A stretch of DNA of 64,000 nucleotides, from the IMG/VR virus record IMGVR_UViG_3300021431_004083, positions 64,001 through 128,000 of that record; one strand, given 5' to 3'. Below, piece by piece: positions 1-8,373 of the stretch (the first letter of the stretch is position 1; every line of letters begins with the position of its first letter). The notes below the pieces were generated by a model. The model was given only the letters and a program-made list of their open reading frames with translations, was not told the DNA's origin and did not search any database. The DNA comes from a virus. Lineage: Duplodnaviria > Caudoviricetes. A program made the translations under genes and the position numbers.

Positions 1-349
1 GGATATCACAAAAAATACCCGTGAACGGTTTTTGCAAAGCGCCGTTAACAGGCACATAAAAAACGCCGCGACGTGCTGATTTGCGAAGCATTTCAGATAA
101 TGTCATATCACGGAAATCAGCATCCGTTTCATAACGTACACGCCAAATATGACTGTCGTTACAAACAATAATACTTCCATCCTCAAATATGACACGATAA
201 GCGGCAATGCGACCTTGCGGATACACGCCCTTTACACGACAGGACAAACCTCGTTCATCAAAAACGGTATCACCAACCTTGATTTCGCTTATCGGCTTAT
301 ACAACCTGTCGCTATCCAAAACAGGAATCGGAGTATCATTCGCAAGCGC
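1..349 (-). mobile_element. Intein N-terminal splicing region (Ala1, probably class 3)
   Basis: Directly after Walker A GK: ALANDTPIPV...KPISEIKVGDTVFDERG...RVKGVYPQG...YRVIFEDGSIIVCNDSHIW, matching intein blocks A, N2 and B, with block-B His followed by Trp. Confidence 0.85.
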
Positions 350-523
350 TTTACCGGCACCGGCTTCCGCTATCAACATAACATTGCACAGCTCAGGGCG
401 ATGCAGCGCGGCATTTATGGTATCCATCTCATGTTCACGACCTAATATTTCTCGTGTCGGTTTCTGCATGGGATGCGTATACTTCCCAAGATACGGCCAC
501 GTTCTCAGGTCGACGTCGGACAT
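1..523 (-). CDS. Clp/AAA+ ATPase (ClpA/B NBD1-like), 5' part only, interrupted by an intein; runs off the window
   Basis: Not in the ORF track. Manual translation from ATG at 523 (RBS GGAAGGAG) gives MSDVDLRTWP...EILGREHEMDTINAALHRPELCNVMLIAEAGAGK, the Clp NBD1 IGRxxE motif and Walker A. The frame stays open to position 1. Confidence 0.85.
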   Translation of the reverse strand, partial: MSDVDLRTWPYLGKYTHPMQKPTREILGREHEMDTINAALHRPELCNVMLIAEAGAGKALANDTPIPVLDSDRLYKPISEIKVGDTVFDERGLSCRVKGVYPQGRIAAYRVIFEDGSIIVCNDSHIWRVRYETDADFRDMTLSEMLRKSARRGVFYVPVNGALQKPFTGIFCDI

Positions 524-625
524 AAATACCAGCTCCTTCCTTTGTATAAACAATTCTATAGATATAGCATACCATAAACAAAAAGAAATAGCAAGTGTTT
601 CAAGTAAAAACTTTTAAAAAAGAGC

Positions 626-660
626 AAAAAAAGTAACCCCGTGATAAATCACGGGGTTAC
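626..660 (-). terminator. Rho-independent terminator
   Basis: GTAACCCCGTGAT/ATCACGGGGTTAC inverted repeat with a T-run on the minus strand, just after the 685-1215 gene. Confidence 0.8.
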
Positions 661-684
661 GAGAACAATTCTGTTCAAACGAGA

Positions 685-1215
685 TTACATCTCAGGCTGA
701 GCCTCGGCCTGCTCTGCAGGCTGCTCGGGAACCTCAATAGCGGGGCGTTCCGTACCCGCCGCCTTCTCAGCACGCTGTGCTTCACGATAAGAAACAACGT
801 CGCTGTAAGCGGAACGAACATCAGACTGCTTGATGCCGTCGAAAGGACCGCCGTTACCGTAATTCTCTTTCGCGATGCCATACTTCTCTTTCAGACCGTC
901 GAGAGTCTTGTTGGACGGAGCCGCATAAACACGACCTTTGTCGTTCTTGCCGACGCCGACATTAAAGCCGGGCGGAAATGCGAGAAGCTCGGGGGAATCA
1001 CCCTTAGCGGGACACACAAACGCGATCTCTCTCATCTTAGTGAGCATCTGCTCGGAGAGAAAAGCATTGAATCGGGTATCAGCAGGAACCTTACCGTTCT
1101 CATCAGGCTCCGTACCGAAACGAATGAAATGACCGCCGAAATTCTTTGCGCCGTTCTTATCGACCTGCTTGCCGACAACGAAACCGAAACGTCCGTTTAA
1201 ATCCTTTTTAGCCAT
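685..1215 (-). CDS. Hypothetical protein
   Basis: ORF 685..1278; the likely start is MAKKDLNG at 1215 after AAAGGAGA. Biased codon usage, own promoter and terminator. Confidence 0.75.
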   Translation of the reverse strand: MAKKDLNGRFGFVVGKQVDKNGAKNFGGHFIRFGTEPDENGKVPADTRFNAFLSEQMLTKMREIAFVCPAKGDSPELLAFPPGFNVGVGKNDKGRVYAAPSNKTLDGLKEKYGIAKENYGNGGPFDGIKQSDVRSAYSDVVSYREAQRAEKAAGTERPAIEVPEQPAEQAEAQPEM

Positions 1216-1559
1216 AATAGTATCTCCTTTCTTCTTCGTCATCAAACGAAGCGTAACAATAATAAATTTGACAGACATATGGCTTTATATCTGTAACGAT
1301 AGAACTGACTTATCCTTTCGTCAATCTTATAATACTACAAATCGCATATTTGTCAAGATTTTTTTTTCAAAAGGCTTCAGACACAAAAAAAGCAAAAACG
1401 CCGCTCTTTCAGAGAGATCGAGCACGACCTTTCCGATTGAGGACGCATGCGCTTTGTCTACGCGCATGTAACAAAACGACCTCAATCGAAAACCGAAAAA
1501 CAAATTCACATAAAGAGACCTCCTTCAGCTTTGCTGATGGATGTCATGCCGTGCTCTTG

Positions 1560-3626
1560 TTATATACCTGTTTCTCTTACTACCACATCATGGACAGCGG
1601 AACGTATCTCAGTCATATAATCAGCATCAAGACTTACTGTTCTGTTGCGGCGTTTTTCCCCGGAAGCACCAACGCTGGTATGTAACACAGGCTGAACCGA
1701 CATTTTATCGGCAACCTCTTTCATATAATATATATCCCTTTCAGGCAAAGAAAGAATCGACTCACTCTGACCGGAACGAACCAAATACGACTTTGCTTGC
1801 TCATAGAGCTCATAACGACGGTTCGCTGTTTCAACGAACGTCAAGACATTATCATTGGCGACGATCGTATCATATGACCAATCAAAACCGAGATGGTGGA
1901 TATCAAGCGCCTTTACGTCATCGAAATCACGAGGAGATTCCTTTTTTACACCTCTGTCGTCAAGCGAATAGCCTGACAACGACAAACGATACCGAAAATC
2001 GTCCTCCATCGTTTGATATCTATCGCGCATAGCGTCCAATCGCAGCTCCAAAACATGAGGCGCTGTCACCATATAAGAACCACCGTGCATATCATAAGTC
2101 TGCCGACCGTAACGCTCCGCTCTGTCGGAAAGCATACGCGGCATAGACTTATCGGAAAGCATCAACTCCATATTACGGACGCGACGCCGATAATCCATCA
2201 ACTGCTGAAAGCCCTCTTCATAATCCTCATCGGGAGGAAGAAATGACAAGAAATGCTGATACTTCGCCATCAACTGCGCGTTGTATTCTTCTTCAAATCG
2301 AAAGAAATTGTATAACGGCTCAGACGCCTTTGCTACGTTCGGCGTATTCTCATATTCTTTTACAAGGTCATGATATTTCTCTGTTTCTTTTTTGTGATAC
2401 TTCAACCTTGATGAATACGAACGCAAACGAAATCCGAATTCGACCATAGGGTCGCTCGTTTGCGCCGCCATTTCTTCATATGATAACGACATCGCGGAAA
2501 GCATAGGCGTCCATACACGCTTATCCGCCTCATCAACCTGCGCCAATACGGAATACACAGCGTTAATACAGTCATTCATAAACCGACGATGAGCCTGTCT
2601 GGTCATCATACGATAATCCCTATTGCTGAGATTCTCATTATCGACACGACTTTTTGCGTATTCATCGATATTACGCTGTACCGTTTCATAACCCGAATCA
2701 TCAGCGGAAAGAATCTCGGTCACCAACTCACGCACGATTGTATTTGGCTTCTTCATCTCTTTTCGATTAGTGGACGCTCTCCACAATCTCTTATCCGACG
2801 GAAGGCATGATAATAAGAACTGAGGTGTTCCATGCTCCGCCATTAACTTATGCGTAAAGCGTTTTACAAAACCGATAACATTCTGTTTATCATAACCGAC
2901 TGACGCCGCCATCATATGCAAGGATTTCTGCTCATCAAGATACAAGTCGATGCCACGGCGAATAGCGCGTTTGCCCGTTTCATTGATTTTTCCTCGCTGC
3001 ACACCGTTCACCTTATGTTTTCCATCGCCACGGTCAACCATTGCCAAATGGCAATGTACATGTGCTGTATCGACCTGAATGACACCGACGTATTGCAAAT
3101 CATCATAAAAACGAGACAAACCCTTGATTCCGTGCATAATCGCCATACGAAGCTTCATTTGGTCAATATGCCCACGGTAATCCCCTCGATAGGAAAACGC
3201 GAAATCATCAGACACAAGACCATACTCACGCAGATAATCCTCATCAAACGAGATGACTGTCTTCATGACAGTCTTCCCCGCGTCGAAACAACGCTGAATA
3301 TCCTTGGACGCTGATTTCAACTTTGCGTGCGACAAAGACACGTCGCCGTAACCGAAAGCTACGCCGCCGTGCCCTTGCTTGTCTTTCATTTTTCGTTTTA
3401 AGGAAGGAACGCTCATTGTATCGTCAACGGCTGAATCTCTCGCCATATAGCGCGTAACGAAATTGTCAATATCATTGCGCCGAATAGGCGCTAAAATTTC
3501 CGTTGCTTTTTCCCGAGCCATGTAGCGTTCTATATAGCCGCCGGGTGTTCCGCCGCGAGAACCGCCTTTCGCCGTCTTTGTTGTAAACTCGTTAACAATA
3601 ACGATATGTTGCTTCAACCCATTCAC
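1560..3626 (-). CDS. Relaxase, MobL-like (HUH)
   Basis: 688 aa; N-terminal YIERYMARE tyrosines, KTVISF and GVIQVDTAHVHCHLAM HUH motif; sits at the end of a T4SS cluster. Confidence 0.8.
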   Translation of the reverse strand: MNGLKQHIVIVNEFTTKTAKGGSRGGTPGGYIERYMAREKATEILAPIRRNDIDNFVTRYMARDSAVDDTMSVPSLKRKMKDKQGHGGVAFGYGDVSLSHAKLKSASKDIQRCFDAGKTVMKTVISFDEDYLREYGLVSDDFAFSYRGDYRGHIDQMKLRMAIMHGIKGLSRFYDDLQYVGVIQVDTAHVHCHLAMVDRGDGKHKVNGVQRGKINETGKRAIRRGIDLYLDEQKSLHMMAASVGYDKQNVIGFVKRFTHKLMAEHGTPQFLLSCLPSDKRLWRASTNRKEMKKPNTIVRELVTEILSADDSGYETVQRNIDEYAKSRVDNENLSNRDYRMMTRQAHRRFMNDCINAVYSVLAQVDEADKRVWTPMLSAMSLSYEEMAAQTSDPMVEFGFRLRSYSSRLKYHKKETEKYHDLVKEYENTPNVAKASEPLYNFFRFEEEYNAQLMAKYQHFLSFLPPDEDYEEGFQQLMDYRRRVRNMELMLSDKSMPRMLSDRAERYGRQTYDMHGGSYMVTAPHVLELRLDAMRDRYQTMEDDFRYRLSLSGYSLDDRGVKKESPRDFDDVKALDIHHLGFDWSYDTIVANDNVLTFVETANRRYELYEQAKSYLVRSGQSESILSLPERDIYYMKEVADKMSVQPVLHTSVGASGEKRRNRTVSLDADYMTEIRSAVHDVVVRETGI

Positions 3627-3649
3627 AACAACACAACCCCTTTACATCA

Positions 3650-4000
3650 TTATAATGAAATATAAAGCTCTCGCTCAAAATAATCTCCCTCAATATATAT
3701 AGTATCCTGCATAAATTCTTTAGATGCGGCAGGCTGACGTCTCAGCCAAGAAAGAGCCTCAGAAGCTTCTTTATCATTCACGCGTCCACCCTGAATAACC
3801 CAAAATTCTTTTTTTGATATAGCATTAGTCAAACGCAAATTTAACGGAAGAAAGGACGGTGCAGTATCATCAAACCTATCTAACTCGTTATTAAAAACTT
3901 TAATAACGGTTTCTACATATTTATCAACTCTTTTGTATTGTACAAAATCCTCAAACAAACTTGTACCTGCGCCGTTACATTCATCAAATTTCAATTCCAT
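3650..4000 (-). CDS. Hypothetical protein
   Basis: 116-aa ORF with AAGGAG RBS, directly upstream of the relaxase. Confidence 0.7.
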   Translation of the reverse strand: MELKFDECNGAGTSLFEDFVQYKRVDKYVETVIKVFNNELDRFDDTAPSFLPLNLRLTNAISKKEFWVIQGGRVNDKEASEALSWLRRQPAASKEFMQDTIYIEGDYFERELYISL

Positions 4001-4056
4001 AATACATAATCTCCTTAACCATCATATTTTCATTATAATATACAATCGAATAAAAA

Positions 4057-5148
4057 TCAACGATTAGTTTTCTGCAAAGACGTCTTGTCCAATTTACTCG
4101 GAAAAAACAAAGCATTAAAAGCCTTACTGAAAAAGAACGCCAATATGATTGCAGGAAGCATGAACAAACAATAGCTGCCAAAACACTCGCCTTGGCACAA
4201 TGATGTTTCGTAAAAAATCTTTCTCGCCAATATCGTGAGCAAATAAATCTCCAAAGAAAAGGCTCCGAAGAACGCAAATACCTTATCGAGACTGACATAA
4301 GACAACAGCATAAACAACTGCGATAGCAAATACGTGAGAGCCACACCGACAAAAGAACCATAGTACCGATAAATAATATCATAAACATCACGATATCGAT
4401 ACACAGGCAACATACCAAGGATAATAATAACCGAAAGCAGCAACGAAAGAGCAGAGAATCTTTTCTTACTTTTAACTCGCCCACCGATATAGCAACCGAA
4501 AATGAAAATCGTCAAACGAGATACGGCGCGGTCAACAGTATTATAAAAATCAGGAAAACAATAAAACAAAAATAAGGCAAAAGCAATAGATAAAGCAACG
4601 AGAAATAACATACGAAAACACTCGTGTGTTGACTGCGAAAACCGTGATTTTTGTTCTGCGTGCTTACCTAATGGCTCACGATAAATGAATTTATGTATGA
4701 ACGGGTATAATAAATAAAAAACAAGAATAACGCTGATATACCAGAAATCAACAGACGGCGCTGTGCCTGTCCAGAAGTTCAATGTCAAAAGAGCGTGTAT
4801 CAAACCGTCCGTTTTGATTTTACTCTTAAGATAAATGTCAACGATATAAGGCGCTACCAACATGACATACGGCAAATAAACACGCAATATCCGTTTTCCA
4901 TAGAATTTCAAAAGCGGCGGCTTCTTAGAATACGCGAAATACAAACCGACTCCGGATAAAAAAACAAAAATATCAACACCGATATTTCCGCATATAAGAA
5001 TATCATATAAAAACTTACTGCCGCCTTCAAAATGAACAGTATCAAGCTGAGCGCCATGGAACAAAACAATCCATAAAGCAGCAAAACCGAACATCGCGTT
5101 ACGAAATTTACTGAAAGAATAATAATTTAATCCGCATTCTTTAATCAT
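4057..5148 (-). CDS. Acyltransferase-3 (OafA-like) membrane O-acyltransferase
   Basis: About 10 TM helices; RNAMFGFAALWIVLFH, GVDIFVFLSG, KRILRVY, FWYI and FSLEIYL motifs. Confidence 0.85.
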   Translation of the reverse strand: MIKECGLNYYSFSKFRNAMFGFAALWIVLFHGAQLDTVHFEGGSKFLYDILICGNIGVDIFVFLSGVGLYFAYSKKPPLLKFYGKRILRVYLPYVMLVAPYIVDIYLKSKIKTDGLIHALLTLNFWTGTAPSVDFWYISVILVFYLLYPFIHKFIYREPLGKHAEQKSRFSQSTHECFRMLFLVALSIAFALFLFYCFPDFYNTVDRAVSRLTIFIFGCYIGGRVKSKKRFSALSLLLSVIIILGMLPVYRYRDVYDIIYRYYGSFVGVALTYLLSQLFMLLSYVSLDKVFAFFGAFSLEIYLLTILARKIFYETSLCQGECFGSYCLFMLPAIILAFFFSKAFNALFFPSKLDKTSLQKTNR

Positions 5149-5209
5149 AAAGCTCTCCTTTAAGTATATATTTCAGACTAAAACCATTATAGCATACATA
5201 AAGCAGAAT

Positions 5210-5227
5210 TGCAATAACTTTATTGCA
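5210..5227. promoter_or_regulatory. Palindromic operator TGCAATA-N4-TATTGCA over a sigma-A-like -35
   Basis: TGCAATAACTTTATTGCA; the minus strand reads TTGCAA-17-TATAAT upstream of the acyltransferase. Confidence 0.65.
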
Positions 5228-5317
5228 AATCATACAAAAGAAGAAACCACCGCAATGACGGTGATTTCTCCTGTCTGAAATATATCTCCAAACAGCCGTA
5301 TAATACGACCGGGATTC

Positions 5318-5503
5318 TTATTTCCAATTAATCAATCTTTGATGAAAATATGCGTCAACATCGCACAATAAAGGTGTTCGTTCCTTATCAATGAGACGTT
5401 CGATGTCTTCTTTAGGAGGAAGCGGCAGACAACAATCCTTCAAGACCTGAATCTTGAATCTCACATATGCTTTTCTGTTGTCTTCCAATCTTCTTTGTGC
5501 CAC
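5318..5503 (-). CDS. Small hypothetical protein
   Basis: 61 aa, GTG start with AAAGGGAG RBS, follows the 5527-6534 gene. Confidence 0.55.
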   Translation of the reverse strand: MAQRRLEDNRKAYVRFKIQVLKDCCLPLPPKEDIERLIDKERTPLLCDVDAYFHQRLINWK

Positions 5504-5526
5504 AATCGTCGCTCCCTTTCCCTGTA

Positions 5527-6534
5527 TTAATAATTATCGTAACCGTCCATATCGTCTTCGTCGAACTCGTCCTGCTCGCTCTCGTAAATCTCATTCTCAT
5601 GAACGACATCACGCATCTCCTGAGACATCTCATCACGACCTTCGTCGCCTTGCTTGTTCGCGTACTCAGACTCAAGCTCAGGATACTCATCCTCAGGCGA
5701 ATACTCTTCAGGCTTCGCTACGCTCTCAGCGCGCTCGACCATCTTGCTGTCAACGTTCGCTTCGACGCGCTCAAACTGCTCTCTGATGATGTCAGGCAAA
5801 CGTTTCTCGGAAGAATCCTCTTCCTCGTCCTCTTTCTCCTCAGACTCAGGCTCATCAAGCGCGGGGTTCTCTGTATACTCGGTATCATCGTCTTCCATAT
5901 CATCAAATTCGTTCTCGTCGATGTAAACGGTCTGAGCTTCGGGAGACGCGGCCTCTTCTTTATAGAAGTTCACAGCTTCCGTACCAAGCTCATACGGAGC
6001 TGTAGTACTGTCAATCTGAAGATCATGGAAACAGCTCGTATCAACAACGATGATCGGGGTTTCCGTATTATCGCGCGGATAAATCACGAACATCGTAACA
6101 CCCTGCTGCAGGGGCATATCCTCATAATCATTATGTGTAAAGAAATCAGGGAGAACAAACGGACCGTCCTGAGCAAACAGACCATACGGAATCAAATCCG
6201 CAAGCTCCTTATCAGACAACTCATAATGATAATTGGCGCTCGGCCAAATATCCTCGTCGTCAGGAAAGGCTACGAAATCAATATCAGGAAGACCGAGTGT
6301 TTCTTTACCCGCGTCTGTTAAACGCAGACGCTTAATGGCGCCTTTGATTTCGAAATACGGACGGCAGTTCTGAAGAACACTATGGTTATGCTTATATACC
6401 TGCTGAGAAAACAAGTCACAAGAACAAGCGACATTTTTCTTCTCCTCGAAGCCTGAACAATTCGCTAATATGTTACGAGCCTTCGGGGAGTTAATAGGGA
6501 AAACACATAACTCACGAACAACTTTATCGGACAT
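5527..6534 (-). CDS. Hypothetical protein with a highly acidic C-terminal half
   Basis: 335-aa ORF, RBS AAAGGA, D/E-rich tail. Confidence 0.8.
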   Translation of the reverse strand: MSDKVVRELCVFPINSPKARNILANCSGFEEKKNVACSCDLFSQQVYKHNHSVLQNCRPYFEIKGAIKRLRLTDAGKETLGLPDIDFVAFPDDEDIWPSANYHYELSDKELADLIPYGLFAQDGPFVLPDFFTHNDYEDMPLQQGVTMFVIYPRDNTETPIIVVDTSCFHDLQIDSTTAPYELGTEAVNFYKEEAASPEAQTVYIDENEFDDMEDDDTEYTENPALDEPESEEKEDEEEDSSEKRLPDIIREQFERVEANVDSKMVERAESVAKPEEYSPEDEYPELESEYANKQGDEGRDEMSQEMRDVVHENEIYESEQDEFDEDDMDGYDNY

Positions 6535-6579
6535 AATTATATCGTTCCTTTCTTCTCCGCAAACAGACGGAGACTAAAA

Positions 6580-6990
6580 TCATTTTTCCTTCGATTCACG
6601 ATACATCTTCTCATTTCGACGAATACCGTATGCCAAAACTCTACCGACGATATCACTCAATTTCTTATGGATTTTATAAATAATCAAGCATGTCAAAACA
6701 CAAAGCATCAACATAACAAAAACAGACGGCAGCATAAACAAAGAAAAACTCTGCATCAAGGAACCATCCGTCGCCGTTTGCGATACAACAGCGCCTATCG
6801 ACGTCGATATGACCGGCAAGAAATAACAGCCGATAAGAAACGTGAATACATAAAAAACAAACGCTTCAAATATGTACTGAAGAGCTCTCAGGAAAAAACG
6901 CTGCGCGTTTTTCCGGCTCTCAGACCAAAGCTTGACCTTACGGTCGGGGGTTTTAGGGGTTTTCATTTTTTGCTCTCTCCTCTGTATCAA
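6580..6990 (-). CDS. Two-TM membrane protein (transfer region)
   Basis: Two hydrophobic helices; co-oriented with and tightly spaced to its neighbours. Confidence 0.7.
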   Translation of the reverse strand: MIQRREQKMKTPKTPDRKVKLWSESRKNAQRFFLRALQYIFEAFVFYVFTFLIGCYFLPVISTSIGAVVSQTATDGSLMQSFSLFMLPSVFVMLMLCVLTCLIIYKIHKKLSDIVGRVLAYGIRRNEKMYRESKEK

Positions 6991-6993
6991 TCA

Positions 6994-7629
6994 TTAAGCG
7001 AACGCGTACAAGTCGCCGACAGTGCCGTCGTTTGCAACGCTCAACGTAAAAATAGTTTGCGCTGAAGATGTACGACCTTTCTTATCGCTTGTATGCCATT
7101 TGACGAACGCCGTATAATAACACGTATCACCGATTGTATCTGTCAAATACAAATCCATGGAATCATAAGTTACACTCAGACCATTCGTGTCAATATCATT
7201 ATAGTTCGTCTTACCGTCATTGGAAACCTCATTCGGAACCTCAGGCATGAACTCAGTCAATATAGAACTGTCCTTCGCTACCTTATAATCCTCCATTAAC
7301 ATAGCACGAACGTCGTTATACTCATCCCAAGATTTCCAAGACATAACCTTCGTCAAAAACGACTCTATAGCGTTTTTATCCTTTGTCATACGCGCGGAAT
7401 CAAGACCGGTGACAACAGATACGGCTTTCTCTTGCGCCTGTTGCTGCGTGCGCTGTATAATCGTAATACGGTTATTCAACTCTTCGATTTTCGCCTGTTG
7501 CTCACGCAACTGTGTACGGCGACTGTTCGTCATGGCATTACCTAACGTGACAGAAAGAGTAGCAAACGCGATTGCGATTATCACCAATAAATAACGAGCA
7601 AACGCTTCTTTTGCATATTGTTTCTTCAT
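6994..7629 (-). CDS. Bitopic membrane protein, VirB8/TcpC-like candidate
   Basis: N-terminal TM, coiled coil, then an alpha/beta domain; follows the cell-wall hydrolase in the T4SS cluster. The fold is inferred. Confidence 0.55.
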   Translation of the reverse strand: MKKQYAKEAFARYLLVIIAIAFATLSVTLGNAMTNSRRTQLREQQAKIEELNNRITIIQRTQQQAQEKAVSVVTGLDSARMTKDKNAIESFLTKVMSWKSWDEYNDVRAMLMEDYKVAKDSSILTEFMPEVPNEVSNDGKTNYNDIDTNGLSVTYDSMDLYLTDTIGDTCYYTAFVKWHTSDKKGRTSSAQTIFTLSVANDGTVGDLYAFA

Positions 7630-7641
7630 CGAATCACCGCC

Positions 7642-8298
7642 TTACTCTACCGTCGGAACAGAAAGATATTCATTACCGACGGAGGTTACTTGCTTCTCAA
7701 AAGAAACAAACTTGTTTTTATTCGCGTCATACTTTGCTTTAACGCACATCAAAAGTGTTAACGGGTCGTCTGTTTTTGCATAGCATAAAAACAGACAATC
7801 GATATTTGAAGCCGCCACACTATAAGTCGTCTTGAACTGCCAAGTATACTCTTTATCTGTTGCGCACCAAATCGCCTGAGCGTCTAACCCTTCGGCGAAA
7901 CATTCACGCAAAGCGTCAGCTGTTTCCTTCAGACCTTTGTCCCTCTCCTCATCAGATGTATCCTTGATAAACTTACGATAATCATTCTGCAGCGAAGCGA
8001 CTTTCGTGCCGAGGCTCGAAGCTGAATTCAAACCGCTTTCCATCGTCTGCGAGATGACTTCGTCATTTGTCGCGACGTCTGACAAGTCTTCAAGCTGCTT
8101 TTCCAATTCGGCAATTTTTTGCTCATTATCATGATACGACGTATCGAAAGACGAAGAATTTGCGAAATAAACAATTATCGGAATAAGTCCCGCGATAACA
8201 ATAATAACGGGCAAAATGCGTGTAACAAAATTCTTACTGAAAAAATCACGCAAAAAGAACAACGCTCCCTTCTTTTCTTTAGTCAAAACTTTAAGCAC
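7642..8298 (-). CDS. Bitopic membrane protein with coiled coil (transfer region)
   Basis: 218 aa, N-terminal TM and coiled coil, same architecture as the adjacent gene. Confidence 0.65.
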   Translation of the reverse strand: MLKVLTKEKKGALFFLRDFFSKNFVTRILPVIIVIAGLIPIIVYFANSSSFDTSYHDNEQKIAELEKQLEDLSDVATNDEVISQTMESGLNSASSLGTKVASLQNDYRKFIKDTSDEERDKGLKETADALRECFAEGLDAQAIWCATDKEYTWQFKTTYSVAASNIDCLFLCYAKTDDPLTLLMCVKAKYDANKNKFVSFEKQVTSVGNEYLSVPTVE

Positions 8299-8373
8299 AC
8301 AGATAGTATAACACAGACGCCTGCAAAATGCAAGCGTCTGTGCAATATTTTTATTACATTTTTTGATACAGTG

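Noticed and set aside
149-617. Plus-strand ORFs 149..445 and 207..617
   Set aside because: Antisense shadows of the minus-strand ATPase/intein gene.
1440-1470. oriT next to the relaxase (CATGCG/CGCATG hairpin)
   Set aside because: A single short inverted repeat downstream of the gene, with no recognisable nic motif.
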